Positions 24,462 through 32,000 of a stretch of 32,000 bases of DNA are shown here, piece after piece; position 1 is the first letter of the stretch, and each line of letters starts with the position of its first letter. A program made the position numbers and the translations under genes. A model generated the notes under the pieces. The model did not search any database. It was not told the DNA's origin and was given only the letters and a program-made list of their open reading frames with translations. The DNA lies in assembly GCF_000009965.1 (NCBI RefSeq), contig NC_006624.1, positions 1,710,001-1,742,000 of the forward strand. The letters are read 5' to 3'. The stretch is from Thermococcus kodakarensis KOD1. Lineage in GTDB: Archaea; Methanobacteriota_B; Thermococci; Thermococcales; Thermococcaceae.

Positions 24462-24495
24462 TTTAAATATGTTGTCAACTTACTAAGGTTGACAA
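24462..24495 (+). promoter_or_regulatory. TATA box (TTTAAATAT) followed by perfect 8-bp inverted repeat TTGTCAAC-N8-GTTGACAA (candidate operator)
   Basis: TATA at 24462..24470. IR arms are at 24472..24479 and 24488..24495, between the TATA and ATG 24505 (GGTGGTGG SD). This position would overlap the expected transcription start. Confidence 0.55.
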
Positions 24496-24504
24496 GGTGG
24501 TGGT

Positions 24505-25158
24505 ATGCAGGGTGACTGCTACCCTTACCCAACGGGAGGTGTACCGCTTCTCTTGAGCATGGCAGGTTTATGTGTTATGATTGGGAGTATTTTAGTTGGA
24601 TCGAGCTATTTGATGCTGATTGGGCTGGTTCTTTTCCTTCTATCGCGGGGCAAGGGGATAGAACCCGAGAGAAAGCGGCTCCGCTACGTCTTCGGAAGTG
24701 TTGAGCTCAGTGATGTGGTTGAGGTTGCAAGGTTATCCGAGATGGAGCGCGGCCGGATTTTGACCATGGCAAAGGCCTTTGGAACGACGCCTGTAGCGCT
24801 AACGGCTTTTCTGATAGCTTTCGTGGCAAAAGGAGCACCTTATACCGAGCTTCTTGCTGTTTATGCTTACTGGCTCATCATTTACATTGAAATCTTCATC
24901 TTTCCACTCAAAGAGCTTAAAAAGAAGAAGTTATCGTTAACAATCTTGCCGATTCTCCTCTCACTTCCTCTGCTCGCCTTCGGCTCCTTGAAAACGCTCC
25001 CAATAACACTGCTCACGTGGCTCTTTGGAAGCTTTCTCCTGGACGAACTTCTTGGCAGGGATCTGGTAGTTGTGAGGACTGAGAAGGGAAGCTACCTCGT
25101 CTCCTGTGCCAATGGGGAGCTGATAGTAGGGTTGATCGGGTATGGTGGAATTATGTGA
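24505..25158 (+). CDS. Multi-pass membrane protein, paralogue 1
   Basis: 217 aa with several hydrophobic helices. It shares RLRYVFGSVELSDVVEVARLSE and a C-terminal beta-like segment (LVVVRTEKGSYLV) with the next gene (RLRYAFGRLAINVPLSEIEDVKVVSRLE; YVVITTQRKKYSL). Confidence 0.65.
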   Translation: MQGDCYPYPTGGVPLLLSMAGLCVMIGSILVGSSYLMLIGLVLFLLSRGKGIEPERKRLRYVFGSVELSDVVEVARLSEMERGRILTMAKAFGTTPVALTAFLIAFVAKGAPYTELLAVYAYWLIIYIEIFIFPLKELKKKKLSLTILPILLSLPLLAFGSLKTLPITLLTWLFGSFLLDELLGRDLVVVRTEKGSYLVSCANGELIVGLIGYGGIM

Positions 25159-25177
25159 AGCTAAGGGGTGATCCGTG

Positions 25178-25885
25178 ATGAAAGTGGGGGATGCAAAGCC
25201 CGCTAACTTCTCCGGAGGTCCCCTCCTTTTAGTAGGGTTCTCATTTCTCCTGATAATAGGCTTTCCAAGACTTGCTCCGGATTGGTGGTACTTCTCTATT
25301 GTGGGCTGGCTCGTCCTTGCGGCTTCATGGGGGACATCGGTTGATGTGGAAGGATGGACATTGAGGCTTAGGTACGCCTTTGGCAGATTAGCAATTAACG
25401 TTCCCCTCTCTGAAATAGAAGACGTTAAAGTAGTGAGCAGGCTTGAGAGGGCAGTCCTGATAAGGGAATTTCCGGGATTGTATATCTTAATCACCGCCAG
25501 TGTGCTGTTCGTCTTCCTTGACCTTTTGCTCCTTCCCAGCGGGCTTTTGGAGGGGTATTATCTTGGCGACATAGGGCTGATATTCTTCGGCCTCATTTAC
25601 CTTGCGGTTATGTCCCTGCCGTTCAGTAGGACTAACATCGCCCTCCTCTTCGGGGTTCTCGATCTGCTCTTTGCGGCACTTCTTATGGAGCTGAAGATGG
25701 GTTATGTTGACCCCGTATCCGTTTTGGTCTTGGGTATATTCGGACTCCTTTTTGTTGCCGAGTATTACCGTAAGGACTACGTTGTGATAACGACCCAAAG
25801 GAAAAAGTACTCCCTAATGAGTGAGGAGCCTGAGGCGGTATTACGAGTCCTGCTCAGGGGGGTCGCCAATGTTCAAGCTCCCTGA
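25178..25885 (+). CDS. Multi-pass membrane protein, paralogue 2
   Basis: ATG 25178 (GTG 25175 in the track) with an AAGGGGTGA SD. Same architecture as the upstream gene. The soluble insert resembles a bacterial-PH-like (YdbS/YdbT-type) segment; this is tentative. Confidence 0.65.
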   Translation: MKVGDAKPANFSGGPLLLVGFSFLLIIGFPRLAPDWWYFSIVGWLVLAASWGTSVDVEGWTLRLRYAFGRLAINVPLSEIEDVKVVSRLERAVLIREFPGLYILITASVLFVFLDLLLLPSGLLEGYYLGDIGLIFFGLIYLAVMSLPFSRTNIALLFGVLDLLFAALLMELKMGYVDPVSVLVLGIFGLLFVAEYYRKDYVVITTQRKKYSLMSEEPEAVLRVLLRGVANVQAP

Positions 25886-26261
25886 GGGAATGGAGAGGGT
25901 CTGGCTAATGAGGGCCAGGGGCATGCGTGAGGTGGATATAGCAGAAACTCTAGGAATCTCAAGGCAGGCTGTAAATAAGGCCCTCAAGGATGCCAGGGTG
26001 AAGCTCTTCGAGGCATTCTTTTCCATAGCCGAGACGTTCTCGTGGGATGTCGTGAGAGTTAACGCGGAGAAGGGCTTCTCCGTCTTCATGGGAAAAGTCC
26101 TCGGGAAGAGAGTGAGAGTTTACGCCTTCTACCTGCCTGGAAAGGGGATTAAGGCCTTTTTCGGAGAGGACGTTCCTGACTACATCCTCCAGCACGCTGT
26201 TGAGGTTGGAATAATCGAAAAGCCTGAAAAAGAGGGGCTGATAAAGGCGCTTGAGAGCTAA
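25869..26261 (+). CDS. Tfx / sigma-70 region-4-type HTH DNA-binding protein
   Basis: RVWLMRARGMREVDIAETLGISRQAVNKALKDARVKL is an HTH of the Tfx/LuxR/sigma-r4 type, followed by a ~70-aa C-terminal domain. ATG 25869 (GGGGGG SD, overlaps the upstream gene by 17 nt) is preferred; ATG 25890 is the alternative. Confidence 0.7.
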   Translation: MFKLPEGMERVWLMRARGMREVDIAETLGISRQAVNKALKDARVKLFEAFFSIAETFSWDVVRVNAEKGFSVFMGKVLGKRVRVYAFYLPGKGIKAFFGEDVPDYILQHAVEVGIIEKPEKEGLIKALES

Positions 26262-26988
26262 TAATAGCCCTCCCTGTAGGCAGAGGTCAGCATGACGTAG
26301 GCCGCGTAGAAGATCACCAGCAGGGAAATCGGAAGTAGCAGTATTCCCAGAACGTCGTCCTCAAAGCCCATCCATGCAAGAAAGGCTTCAAACGTCAAGA
26401 GCGCGGAGACCAGCGTGATGGCCTTTGCGAAGCCTCGTGCCATTATCCCTGAGAACTTCGGGGCGAGCTGGAAGACGAGCGGCCTGGAGGCGAGGAGCGT
26501 TAGAGCTATGAAGAGGGCCATCACTGAGCCGAGGACAATTGCCATGTCCCTCGGGAGCTTTGGAGACATGAGAACGAGGAGCAAAGCGAAGACCAGCTGT
26601 GCAGCTAAGTGCTTTCCGAGCTTGGGCGGCTCTATGCTTTTCGTGGGCTTCTCCGGCGCTTCCCTGGAGATGTCCTCAAGCTCGTACTCGCGCCTGGCCA
26701 CGATGTAGCCGATCGCCAAGACAACGGCGACTCCCCCGATGAGGAGGACAAACATGCCGTATAGCGGCAGGAAGAACGAGGAGAGCATAAATAACAGCCA
26801 AGGGCAATTAGACCGATTCCGGTTATCCTGTTCGCCCTTTCCCTCGCCCGCTCGCTGAGGTAGGTGTAGCCGATTCTGAACCCTATCCCAGGTTCGCCCT
26901 TGGAGGTTGCGGTAAGTATGCCCCCTATCACGAAGGCCAGTCCGAGGAAAACACCGTAGAGAATCCTAAAGATGAAGTAGGGGTTCAC
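26258..26988 (-). pseudogene. SdpI/DUF1648-like membrane protein paralogue split by a -1 frameshift near 26788
   Basis: ORF 26632..26988 matches the paralogue at 26985..27779 only for its first ~67 codons (GFRIGYTYLSERARERAN vs GFRIGYTYMSDRAWRETN), then turns into Arg/Ser-rich nonsense. The similarity continues in ORF 26258..26788 (ELEDISREAPEKP vs EELSIEAPEKP). The frames meet at TGTTATTTATGCTC (minus strand). Confidence 0.6.
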
Positions 26989-27779
26989 GTTCCCTCACCC
27001 CTCGCCCAAAAGAGTCGGAAAATCATGCCGATGGTAACTATCAGAAAAGTCCAGACGGAATAACCTATCCAGCTCGATGGAACTTGGCCGGCGTTGTAGA
27101 GGAGCACCAGGCTGTCAATGGCCACCAGCCCAAGGGCCATAACGGTCGTAAACTCCGCGAAGGCTTTCCAGCCCCTTCTGCTGAACCTGAGGAGCGGTGC
27201 GAAGGCGGGCTCTCTGAGGAAGTAGGTCATGACGAGGAAGAGCGGGTAAACCACAAGCGGGAACAGTAGGGTGCCCAGGGTCTTTGAGGCAAAGTTATCC
27301 GGTTCTCCAGAGGCGTTGAAGTGGATAGCGACTCTCTCGGGGAGTTTATCCCAGAGGATAGCCGCGAGGATGATATAAGCAACCAGCCCGAGGAGCTGAA
27401 TCACCAGATATGGTCTAACGTTGACCTCTATCTTTTCAGACGGCTTTTCTGGGGCTTCTATTGACAGCTCTTCCTCTTCGTAGGCCTTTTTGGCTACTCT
27501 GAAACCCGCCACCGTGAGGAAGACGACCCCCGCGAGCATTGTGAGTATGAAGGTGAGAATTCCCAGGCCCGCCAGCGCAAGCCCAAGGAGTAGAACTGAG
27601 AAGACCATCATGAAGAGCCCCGCAAAGGTGTTGGTTTCCCTCCAGGCCCTATCGGACATGTAGGTGTAGCCGATCCTGAAGCCGATGAAGTAGTTCCTCC
27701 TGTTCCTGAAGGCGAAGGTCAGCAGGCCCGCAGCCAGAAGGGTGAGTGAGATGAAGACTTCGAAGACCAGCTCGCTCAT
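26985..27779 (-). CDS. Membrane protein with SdpI-like and DUF1648-like motifs
   Basis: 264 aa, multi-TM. Contains GFRIGYTYMSDRAW after TM1 (SdpI-family-like) and LWDKLPERVAIHFNASGEPDNF (DUF1648-like). The start overlaps the PadR stop (TAATG). Confidence 0.6.
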   Translation of the reverse strand: MSELVFEVFISLTLLAAGLLTFAFRNRRNYFIGFRIGYTYMSDRAWRETNTFAGLFMMVFSVLLLGLALAGLGILTFILTMLAGVVFLTVAGFRVAKKAYEEEELSIEAPEKPSEKIEVNVRPYLVIQLLGLVAYIILAAILWDKLPERVAIHFNASGEPDNFASKTLGTLLFPLVVYPLFLVMTYFLREPAFAPLLRFSRRGWKAFAEFTTVMALGLVAIDSLVLLYNAGQVPSSWIGYSVWTFLIVTIGMIFRLFWARGEGT

Positions 27780-28135
27780 TAGAGACCCTCCAGCTTCTCA
27801 AGAACCGATTCGATTACCCTTATCTCCTCACGCAATTGGGCGAGAACACTCCTCCCCATCTCGGTGATTGAGTAGTACTTCCTAGGTCTTCCACCGGCCT
27901 CGGCCCAGCTGTCCTGGAGGAGGCCGAGCTTCTTGAGGCTCTTCAGAAGGTCGTATAGGGCCCCCTCGCTGGGGACGAGCTTTCCGCCGCTCAGCTCCTC
28001 AAGCCTCTTCCGTATCGCGTAGCCGTGTAGCTCTCCTTCCCTTTCGAGGATAGAGAGGACTAAAAAGGAGTAGAGGCCAGAGCGGAGCTCCTTTCTGAGC
28101 TTCTTGAGCGCCTTTTCCTCGCTCTTTCCAAGCAA
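27779..28135 (-). CDS. PadR-family transcriptional regulator
   Basis: LHGYAIRKRLEELSGGKLVPSEGALYDLLKSLKKLGLL...GRPRKYYSITEMG is the PadR winged-helix signature. Only a TTG start is available (28135), and the GAGG just upstream sits unusually close to it (2 nt), so the exact start is uncertain. Confidence 0.85.
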   Translation of the reverse strand: MLGKSEEKALKKLRKELRSGLYSFLVLSILEREGELHGYAIRKRLEELSGGKLVPSEGALYDLLKSLKKLGLLQDSWAEAGGRPRKYYSITEMGRSVLAQLREEIRVIESVLEKLEGL

Positions 28136-28141
28136 AGCCTC

Positions 28142-28870
28142 TCACCAGATTACCTTTTCCTCCTCGGGCTCTTCGATCCTAGCTAGTGGCAGTGTGTAGG
28201 CTATTAAAGCTATTGCGATAACGGCGAAGATAACTTCCAGCCCAATCGTGAACTTCATCGCCAGTACTTTGTTCTCTAGGAAAAGGAACTGGGCATAGGC
28301 GGCAATCGTATCAACGAAGCCGTGCAGAATTGCCATCATGAGAAAGCCCTTCTTCCCGAAGCCGTTCCTGGCCGCGTAAGCTAGATAAACCGTTGTCCCT
28401 ACGTGGAAGAGGACTGCGAAGTAGCGCTCCACCATTGAGAGGAGGGCCTGAAGAGCAGGAACGTCGAGCTTTCCTCCGGCAGCCGCTACCGCGATAATTG
28501 GTGTAATCACTATGAGGAGGACTTCCATTATGCCAAAGCCGAGGCCGACGAACAGCGCAGTGTTTGGGCTCTTGTCCTTGACGAGGAAGTACTTGACGCC
28601 CTCCTGAACGAAACCTGCGACGAGCCCCAGCCAGAGGGCAACTCCGAGTGTAAAGACAGTTCCTCTGGCGATAACGTCGGCGTTGCTCCTTATCCCTATC
28701 CCGATGAGAGGGAGCTGCTGAATCGGGTTCTGGACGACCATCGCCAGTATGAAGGCCACCGCACCGAGGATCAGCTCGGCCCACTTCTGCTTCTTGAAGC
28801 CGAGGAAGTAAACCGTAGCCCATGCCAGAAGCCCGCCGAGGAGCGGGAACGGCGGGAGGTACATGTTCAC
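28142..28870 (-). CDS. YhfC/CPBP-like polytopic membrane protein (putative intramembrane metalloprotease)
   Basis: 242 aa, ~7 TM. Conserved-looking polar motifs within helices (FVQEGVKYF, GFGIMEV, VERYFAVLFHVG, AILHGFVD) are reminiscent of the YhfC family. Assignment is tentative. Confidence 0.45.
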   Translation of the reverse strand: MNMYLPPFPLLGGLLAWATVYFLGFKKQKWAELILGAVAFILAMVVQNPIQQLPLIGIGIRSNADVIARGTVFTLGVALWLGLVAGFVQEGVKYFLVKDKSPNTALFVGLGFGIMEVLLIVITPIIAVAAAGGKLDVPALQALLSMVERYFAVLFHVGTTVYLAYAARNGFGKKGFLMMAILHGFVDTIAAYAQFLFLENKVLAMKFTIGLEVIFAVIAIALIAYTLPLARIEEPEEEKVIW

Positions 28871-29217
28871 TCCTCCTTCTCAACAACTACTGCAGTCCCG
28901 TAGGCGTAGACCTCTGCCACGCTCGAACCAACGTTTGATGTTGCGAAGCGGACGTTAACTACGGCGTTGGCGCCAAGCTCCTTGGCGTGGAGCGCCATCC
29001 TCCTTAAAGCTTCTTCCCTCGCCTCTGCCATCATTTGAGTGTACTCTCTGACTTCGCCACCCTTGATGTTCCTTAGGACGGCCATTATGTCCCTGCCTAT
29101 GTGTGTGGCCTTGACTATGCCGCCCCTCGCTATGCCCTTGACCTCGACGATGCGGTAGCCGGGAATCGTTTCGGTCGTTACGACCATAATTCCTTCAACG
29201 GTCTCCATACCCATCAC
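28867..29217 (-). CDS. YbjQ/UPF0145-family protein
   Basis: VVTTETIPGYRIVEVKGIARGGIVKATHIGRDI...GGEVREYTQMMAEAREEALRRM...GANAVVNVRF...YGTAV is the classic YbjQ pattern. Its stop overlaps the next gene's start (4 nt). Confidence 0.8.
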   Translation of the reverse strand: MMGMETVEGIMVVTTETIPGYRIVEVKGIARGGIVKATHIGRDIMAVLRNIKGGEVREYTQMMAEAREEALRRMALHAKELGANAVVNVRFATSNVGSSVAEVYAYGTAVVVEKEE

Positions 29218-29256
29218 CCCGATGCATCGAACTTCGAGGTATTATTGGGTGGAGGA

Positions 29257-29268
29257 GTATAAAAGCTT
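29257..29268 (-). promoter_or_regulatory. Candidate TATA box for the YbjQ-YhfC-PadR-SdpI operon
   Basis: The minus strand reads AAGCTTTTATAC ~40 nt upstream of ATG 29217. Confidence 0.4.
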
Positions 29269-29299
29269 TATGCGGGAACGAAGAAGAAAAAGAAGAGAA

Positions 29300-29914
29300 T
29301 CAGGCCTCGTCGTAATAGAGGGTGTAAGTCATCGGGTCGTCGTAAACTTCTTGCGGAGCGACCGAGTAGAAGTACTTCCAGCTCCATCCGCCGTCGTTCT
29401 CGTCGAGGTTTATCTGGTAGTTGCTGGCGACGAGGTAGGCCGCCCAGACGAGCTGGGAGCAGTAGTACTTGTCGTCGTAGACCTCCGGCTTGCCGATGTA
29501 GTTGTAGTTGTAGGGCTTGCCGAGCTGCTGGTAGGCGAACTCAACTGCCTTCTGCCTGACGTCGTCGGTTGTCTTGACGCGCTGGAGGGCGACGATGTCG
29601 TACCTGCTGAGGAACTCCCTTAGCGGGCTGATGATGATGCCCTTGCCTATTTTGGCCTCTATAACCATCCAGTCGTCAATGGTGTCGTTGTACCAGGCGA
29701 CTATCGCAACATGCACCCAGAAGCCTGGAATTATGGCGTTGAAGAGGTCTGGGCTGTGGCCGTAGACGAGGTCGCCCGGTCTGATGTCGGTCGGGTAGGG
29801 GTGCTGGTAGGTTCTGGTGTCCCAGATGTAGTTTATGAGGTCGCCGGCGCTGGCGCTTGGAAGGGTCGCTCCCAGAAGGAGGAGCACCAGGGCTGCTATT
29901 CCAACCTTTCTCAT
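29300..29914 (-). CDS. Secreted permuted papain-fold (NlpC/P60, YiiX/YaeF-like) hydrolase
   Basis: Signal peptide MRKVGIAALVLLLLGATLPSASA. The His-bearing segment FWVHVAIVAW precedes the Cys-bearing segment YYCSQLVWAAY, which is the permuted order typical of YiiX/YaeF-type NlpC/P60 proteins. Confidence 0.6.
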   Translation of the reverse strand: MRKVGIAALVLLLLGATLPSASAGDLINYIWDTRTYQHPYPTDIRPGDLVYGHSPDLFNAIIPGFWVHVAIVAWYNDTIDDWMVIEAKIGKGIIISPLREFLSRYDIVALQRVKTTDDVRQKAVEFAYQQLGKPYNYNYIGKPEVYDDKYYCSQLVWAAYLVASNYQINLDENDGGWSWKYFYSVAPQEVYDDPMTYTLYYDEA

Positions 29915-30165
29915 TTTATCACCTCCTTATTGGGCAGAACAATGAGGGCAGGGGGAGTTAATAAGTTTTACTTCGCAGTGTTAGTTTCGGGATCGTACCT
30001 TGGGTTTTTGTACTGTCCCATAGCAAATTATGGCACGTAGCTTTTAGTTTTGGAACATTATGGTGCAATAATAGGGAAACTATGAATACCTCATGTCCGG
30101 GTACTGTGGAACTGAATAGTGGAGATTTAAAAAAGGCTCTTTCGAAACTCTAACGGGTGAGTTCA

Positions 30166-31191
30166 ATGCATGAGATTCCATTCGGCGAGGTACTCGAAAA
30201 GCTCCGCGGGCTTAACGCTCACAGGGTTCTCATCCAGACTCCAGAGGGCCTCAAGAGGGAGGCTCAGGAGTTAGCTGACTTCCTTGAGGAGAACGGAATT
30301 GAGGCGATAATAAGCGGAGACATCAACTACGGTGCCTGTGATCCGGCCGACAGTGAGGCAAAGAGGCTCGGGTGCGACGCGCTGATTCATCTCGGACACT
30401 CCTACATGCAGCTCCACCTTGAGGTTCCTACTATCTTCGTGCCTGCTTTCGCGAAAGTTGACGTAGTCCCAGCCCTTGAGAAGAACCTCGAAGAAATCAG
30501 GAAGCTCGGGAAAAGGATAGTCCTCGTCACGACGGCCCAGCACATCCACGGGCTTGAAAGGGCGAAGGAGTTCCTAGAAAAGAACGGTTTTGAGGTCTTA
30601 ATCGGGAGGGGAGATTCTCGCGTCAGCTGGCCGGGGCAGGTTCTTGGGTGCAACTTCAGCGCTGCCAAGGTTGACGCCGATGGAGTTCTCTTTATAGGCG
30701 CGGGCTACTTCCACCCGATTGGCGTTGCGATGGCCGTTAAGAAGCCAACGCTCGCGATCAACCCCTACTCGGGCGATGCCATCTGGATGGACACGGAAGC
30801 GGAGAGGCTCGTAAGGAAGCGCTGGGCGCAGATAGCCAAGGCGATGGATGCGCAGAGGTTCGGCGTGATAACGAGCACGAAAAAGGGTCAGCTCCGCCTA
30901 GCAGAGGCAAAGAGGGTTGTTAAACTCCTCCGTGAGTACGGAAAGTACGCGAGGCTTTTGACGATGAACCACATAAGCTATCAGGCTTTAGAGGGCTTCG
31001 ACTTCGATGCCTACGTCGTCGTTGCCTGCCCGAGGGTTCCAATAGACGACTACGAGAACTGGAGGAAGCCCGTGCTTACTCCGAGGGAGGTTGAAATTCT
31101 CCTCGGGCTGAGAGAAGACTACGAGTTCGACGAGATTCTCGGGGCGGAGAGAAGGGAAGACGAGCCTATTGGTATAAGCTTGCGCCACTGA
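30166..31191 (+). CDS. dph2: Diphthamide biosynthesis radical-SAM enzyme Dph2 (2-(3-amino-3-carboxypropyl)histidine synthase)
   Basis: MHEIPFGEVLEKL...RVLIQTPEGLKREAQELADFLEENGIE...INYGACDPAD...CDALIHLGHSYM closely resembles P. horikoshii Dph2 as I recall it. ATG 30166 (GGGTGA SD) is preferred to GTG 30157. TATA ATTTAAAAAA lies at 30125..30134. Confidence 0.9.
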   Translation: MHEIPFGEVLEKLRGLNAHRVLIQTPEGLKREAQELADFLEENGIEAIISGDINYGACDPADSEAKRLGCDALIHLGHSYMQLHLEVPTIFVPAFAKVDVVPALEKNLEEIRKLGKRIVLVTTAQHIHGLERAKEFLEKNGFEVLIGRGDSRVSWPGQVLGCNFSAAKVDADGVLFIGAGYFHPIGVAMAVKKPTLAINPYSGDAIWMDTEAERLVRKRWAQIAKAMDAQRFGVITSTKKGQLRLAEAKRVVKLLREYGKYARLLTMNHISYQALEGFDFDAYVVVACPRVPIDDYENWRKPVLTPREVEILLGLREDYEFDEILGAERREDEPIGISLRH

Positions 31192-31290
31192 TTCAACACC
31201 CTGCTTGAATTTTTAAAATTTTTCATGTTTTATGTTCGAATGACGAAATCCTAATAAGGTTTGGCGTAGAAAATAATCGGGCGGTGCACG

Positions 31291-32000
31291 GTGTCTGCTA
31301 ATTCAAAGCTTCTTGAAGGTTACCTAAAGTCTAGAAAAATCAAAAAAGCTTCGGAGCTTGTTCTCAGCAACGAAGAAGCCCTCACACTGCTTCTGTCTTT
31401 TCTTCACAGCAAAGACTCAAAGATGAAGCTGGCGGCGGTTATGACCCTTGAAGAGGCCTTGAAGCGAATGCCCGACATAATGCGCCTCAGAATCCTAAAG
31501 AGAACCCTTGACGACTTGATAGCGCTGGCTCTGGAGAACGACGATAGAGTTTCAATCTACGCTCTCAGGGCAATAAAAGCCCTCATTACTGGACTCCCCC
31601 TTGACCCTGAGAGCTTTGTGAAGCTCGGTCATGCGATCAAAGACCTCGTAAAGGCGCGCAGGAACGAGGTTGTCCTCCTCGAAATCCCGCCGATCCTGGA
31701 GAGTGTCCGGATAACTTCCTCGGACCCGAGGGTTCACGACATCATCTCCCGTCTCCTCCACTCCAAGAACCCCCGTCTCAAGGCCATGGGGCTCAGGCTC
31801 CTTTTAAACACGAGCGCTTACACGGGAGACCCTGCCCTTTTAAAGACCGTTTTTTCCGAGGTTCGGGACATGCTTACTGTCGAAGATATCCCCCTGATAG
31901 ACTTCGCTTTGACCCTGCTTCTTGATGTGGCTCACTATCCCCTGCGTGAGGAGATTATCGATGACGTTGCTGGTGTTCTGACCCTCGTGAAGAACCTTGC
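31291..32000 (+). CDS. HEAT/ARM-like repeat protein, N-terminal part (partial, runs off the right edge)
   Basis: Translated by eye from GTG 31291; an in-frame TAG lies at 31267. Reads (M)SANSKLLEGYLKSRKIKKASELVLSNEEALTLLLSFLHSKDSKMKLAAVMTLEEALKRMP...SSDPRVHDIISRLLHSKNPRLKAMGLRLLLN..., open to the window end. It is absent from the ORF track because it has no stop. Confidence 0.6.
   Translation, partial: MSANSKLLEGYLKSRKIKKASELVLSNEEALTLLLSFLHSKDSKMKLAAVMTLEEALKRMPDIMRLRILKRTLDDLIALALENDDRVSIYALRAIKALITGLPLDPESFVKLGHAIKDLVKARRNEVVLLEIPPILESVRITSSDPRVHDIISRLLHSKNPRLKAMGLRLLLNTSAYTGDPALLKTVFSEVRDMLTVEDIPLIDFALTLLLDVAHYPLREEIIDDVAGVLTLVKNL

Noticed and set aside
31552-31761. 69-aa minus-strand ORF
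   Set aside because: It lies antisense within the open HEAT-repeat reading frame that continues to the window end, and it has no motifs.

Overview
This window looks like a Thermococcales (Thermococcus/Pyrococcus-type) chromosome segment centred on the replication origin. All functional calls come from motif recognition by eye; no database search or computation was possible.

Left to right:
- An MthK-like K+ channel gene.
- A ~0.9 kb non-coding oriC. Two inverted full ORB elements flank an AT-rich unwinding region, with additional mini-ORBs.
- The translationally coupled operon cdc6/orc1, PolD small subunit (DP1) and PolD large subunit (DP2). DP2 is interrupted by a 474-codon LAGLIDADG intein that ends in His-Gln.
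- A Zn-ribbon protein.
- A visibly AT-rich ~2.6 kb islet ending at tRNA-His. It carries a predicted PUA/EVE-like plus NucS-type PD-(D/E)xK nuclease fusion, an exported protein and non-coding repeats.
- taw3 and a lipoate-protein ligase catalytic subunit.
- A 1.1 kb ORF-free array of four degenerate ~230-300 bp repeats ending at tRNA-Pro.
- Dol-P-Man synthase, then a KaiC-like ATPase with a small partner.
- An M28-like peptidase, a wHTH regulator, a metallophosphoesterase, ribosomal protein L41e (hidden inside a longer ORF call), a nitrilase and a SAM methyltransferase.
- A 3-gene membrane/HTH module with a palindromic operator.
- A translationally coupled minus-strand operon: YbjQ, YhfC-like, PadR and two SdpI/DUF1648-like paralogues, the last one frameshifted.
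- A secreted permuted NlpC/P60-type hydrolase, dph2, and the start of a HEAT-repeat protein.

Most unusual observations:
1. Four ORB/mini-ORB motifs lie in-frame within a hyper-acidic ~200-residue insertion of DP1.
2. A tRNA-linked repeat family has hairpins that show compensatory substitutions.
3. A reader-nuclease fusion sits in the AT-rich islet.
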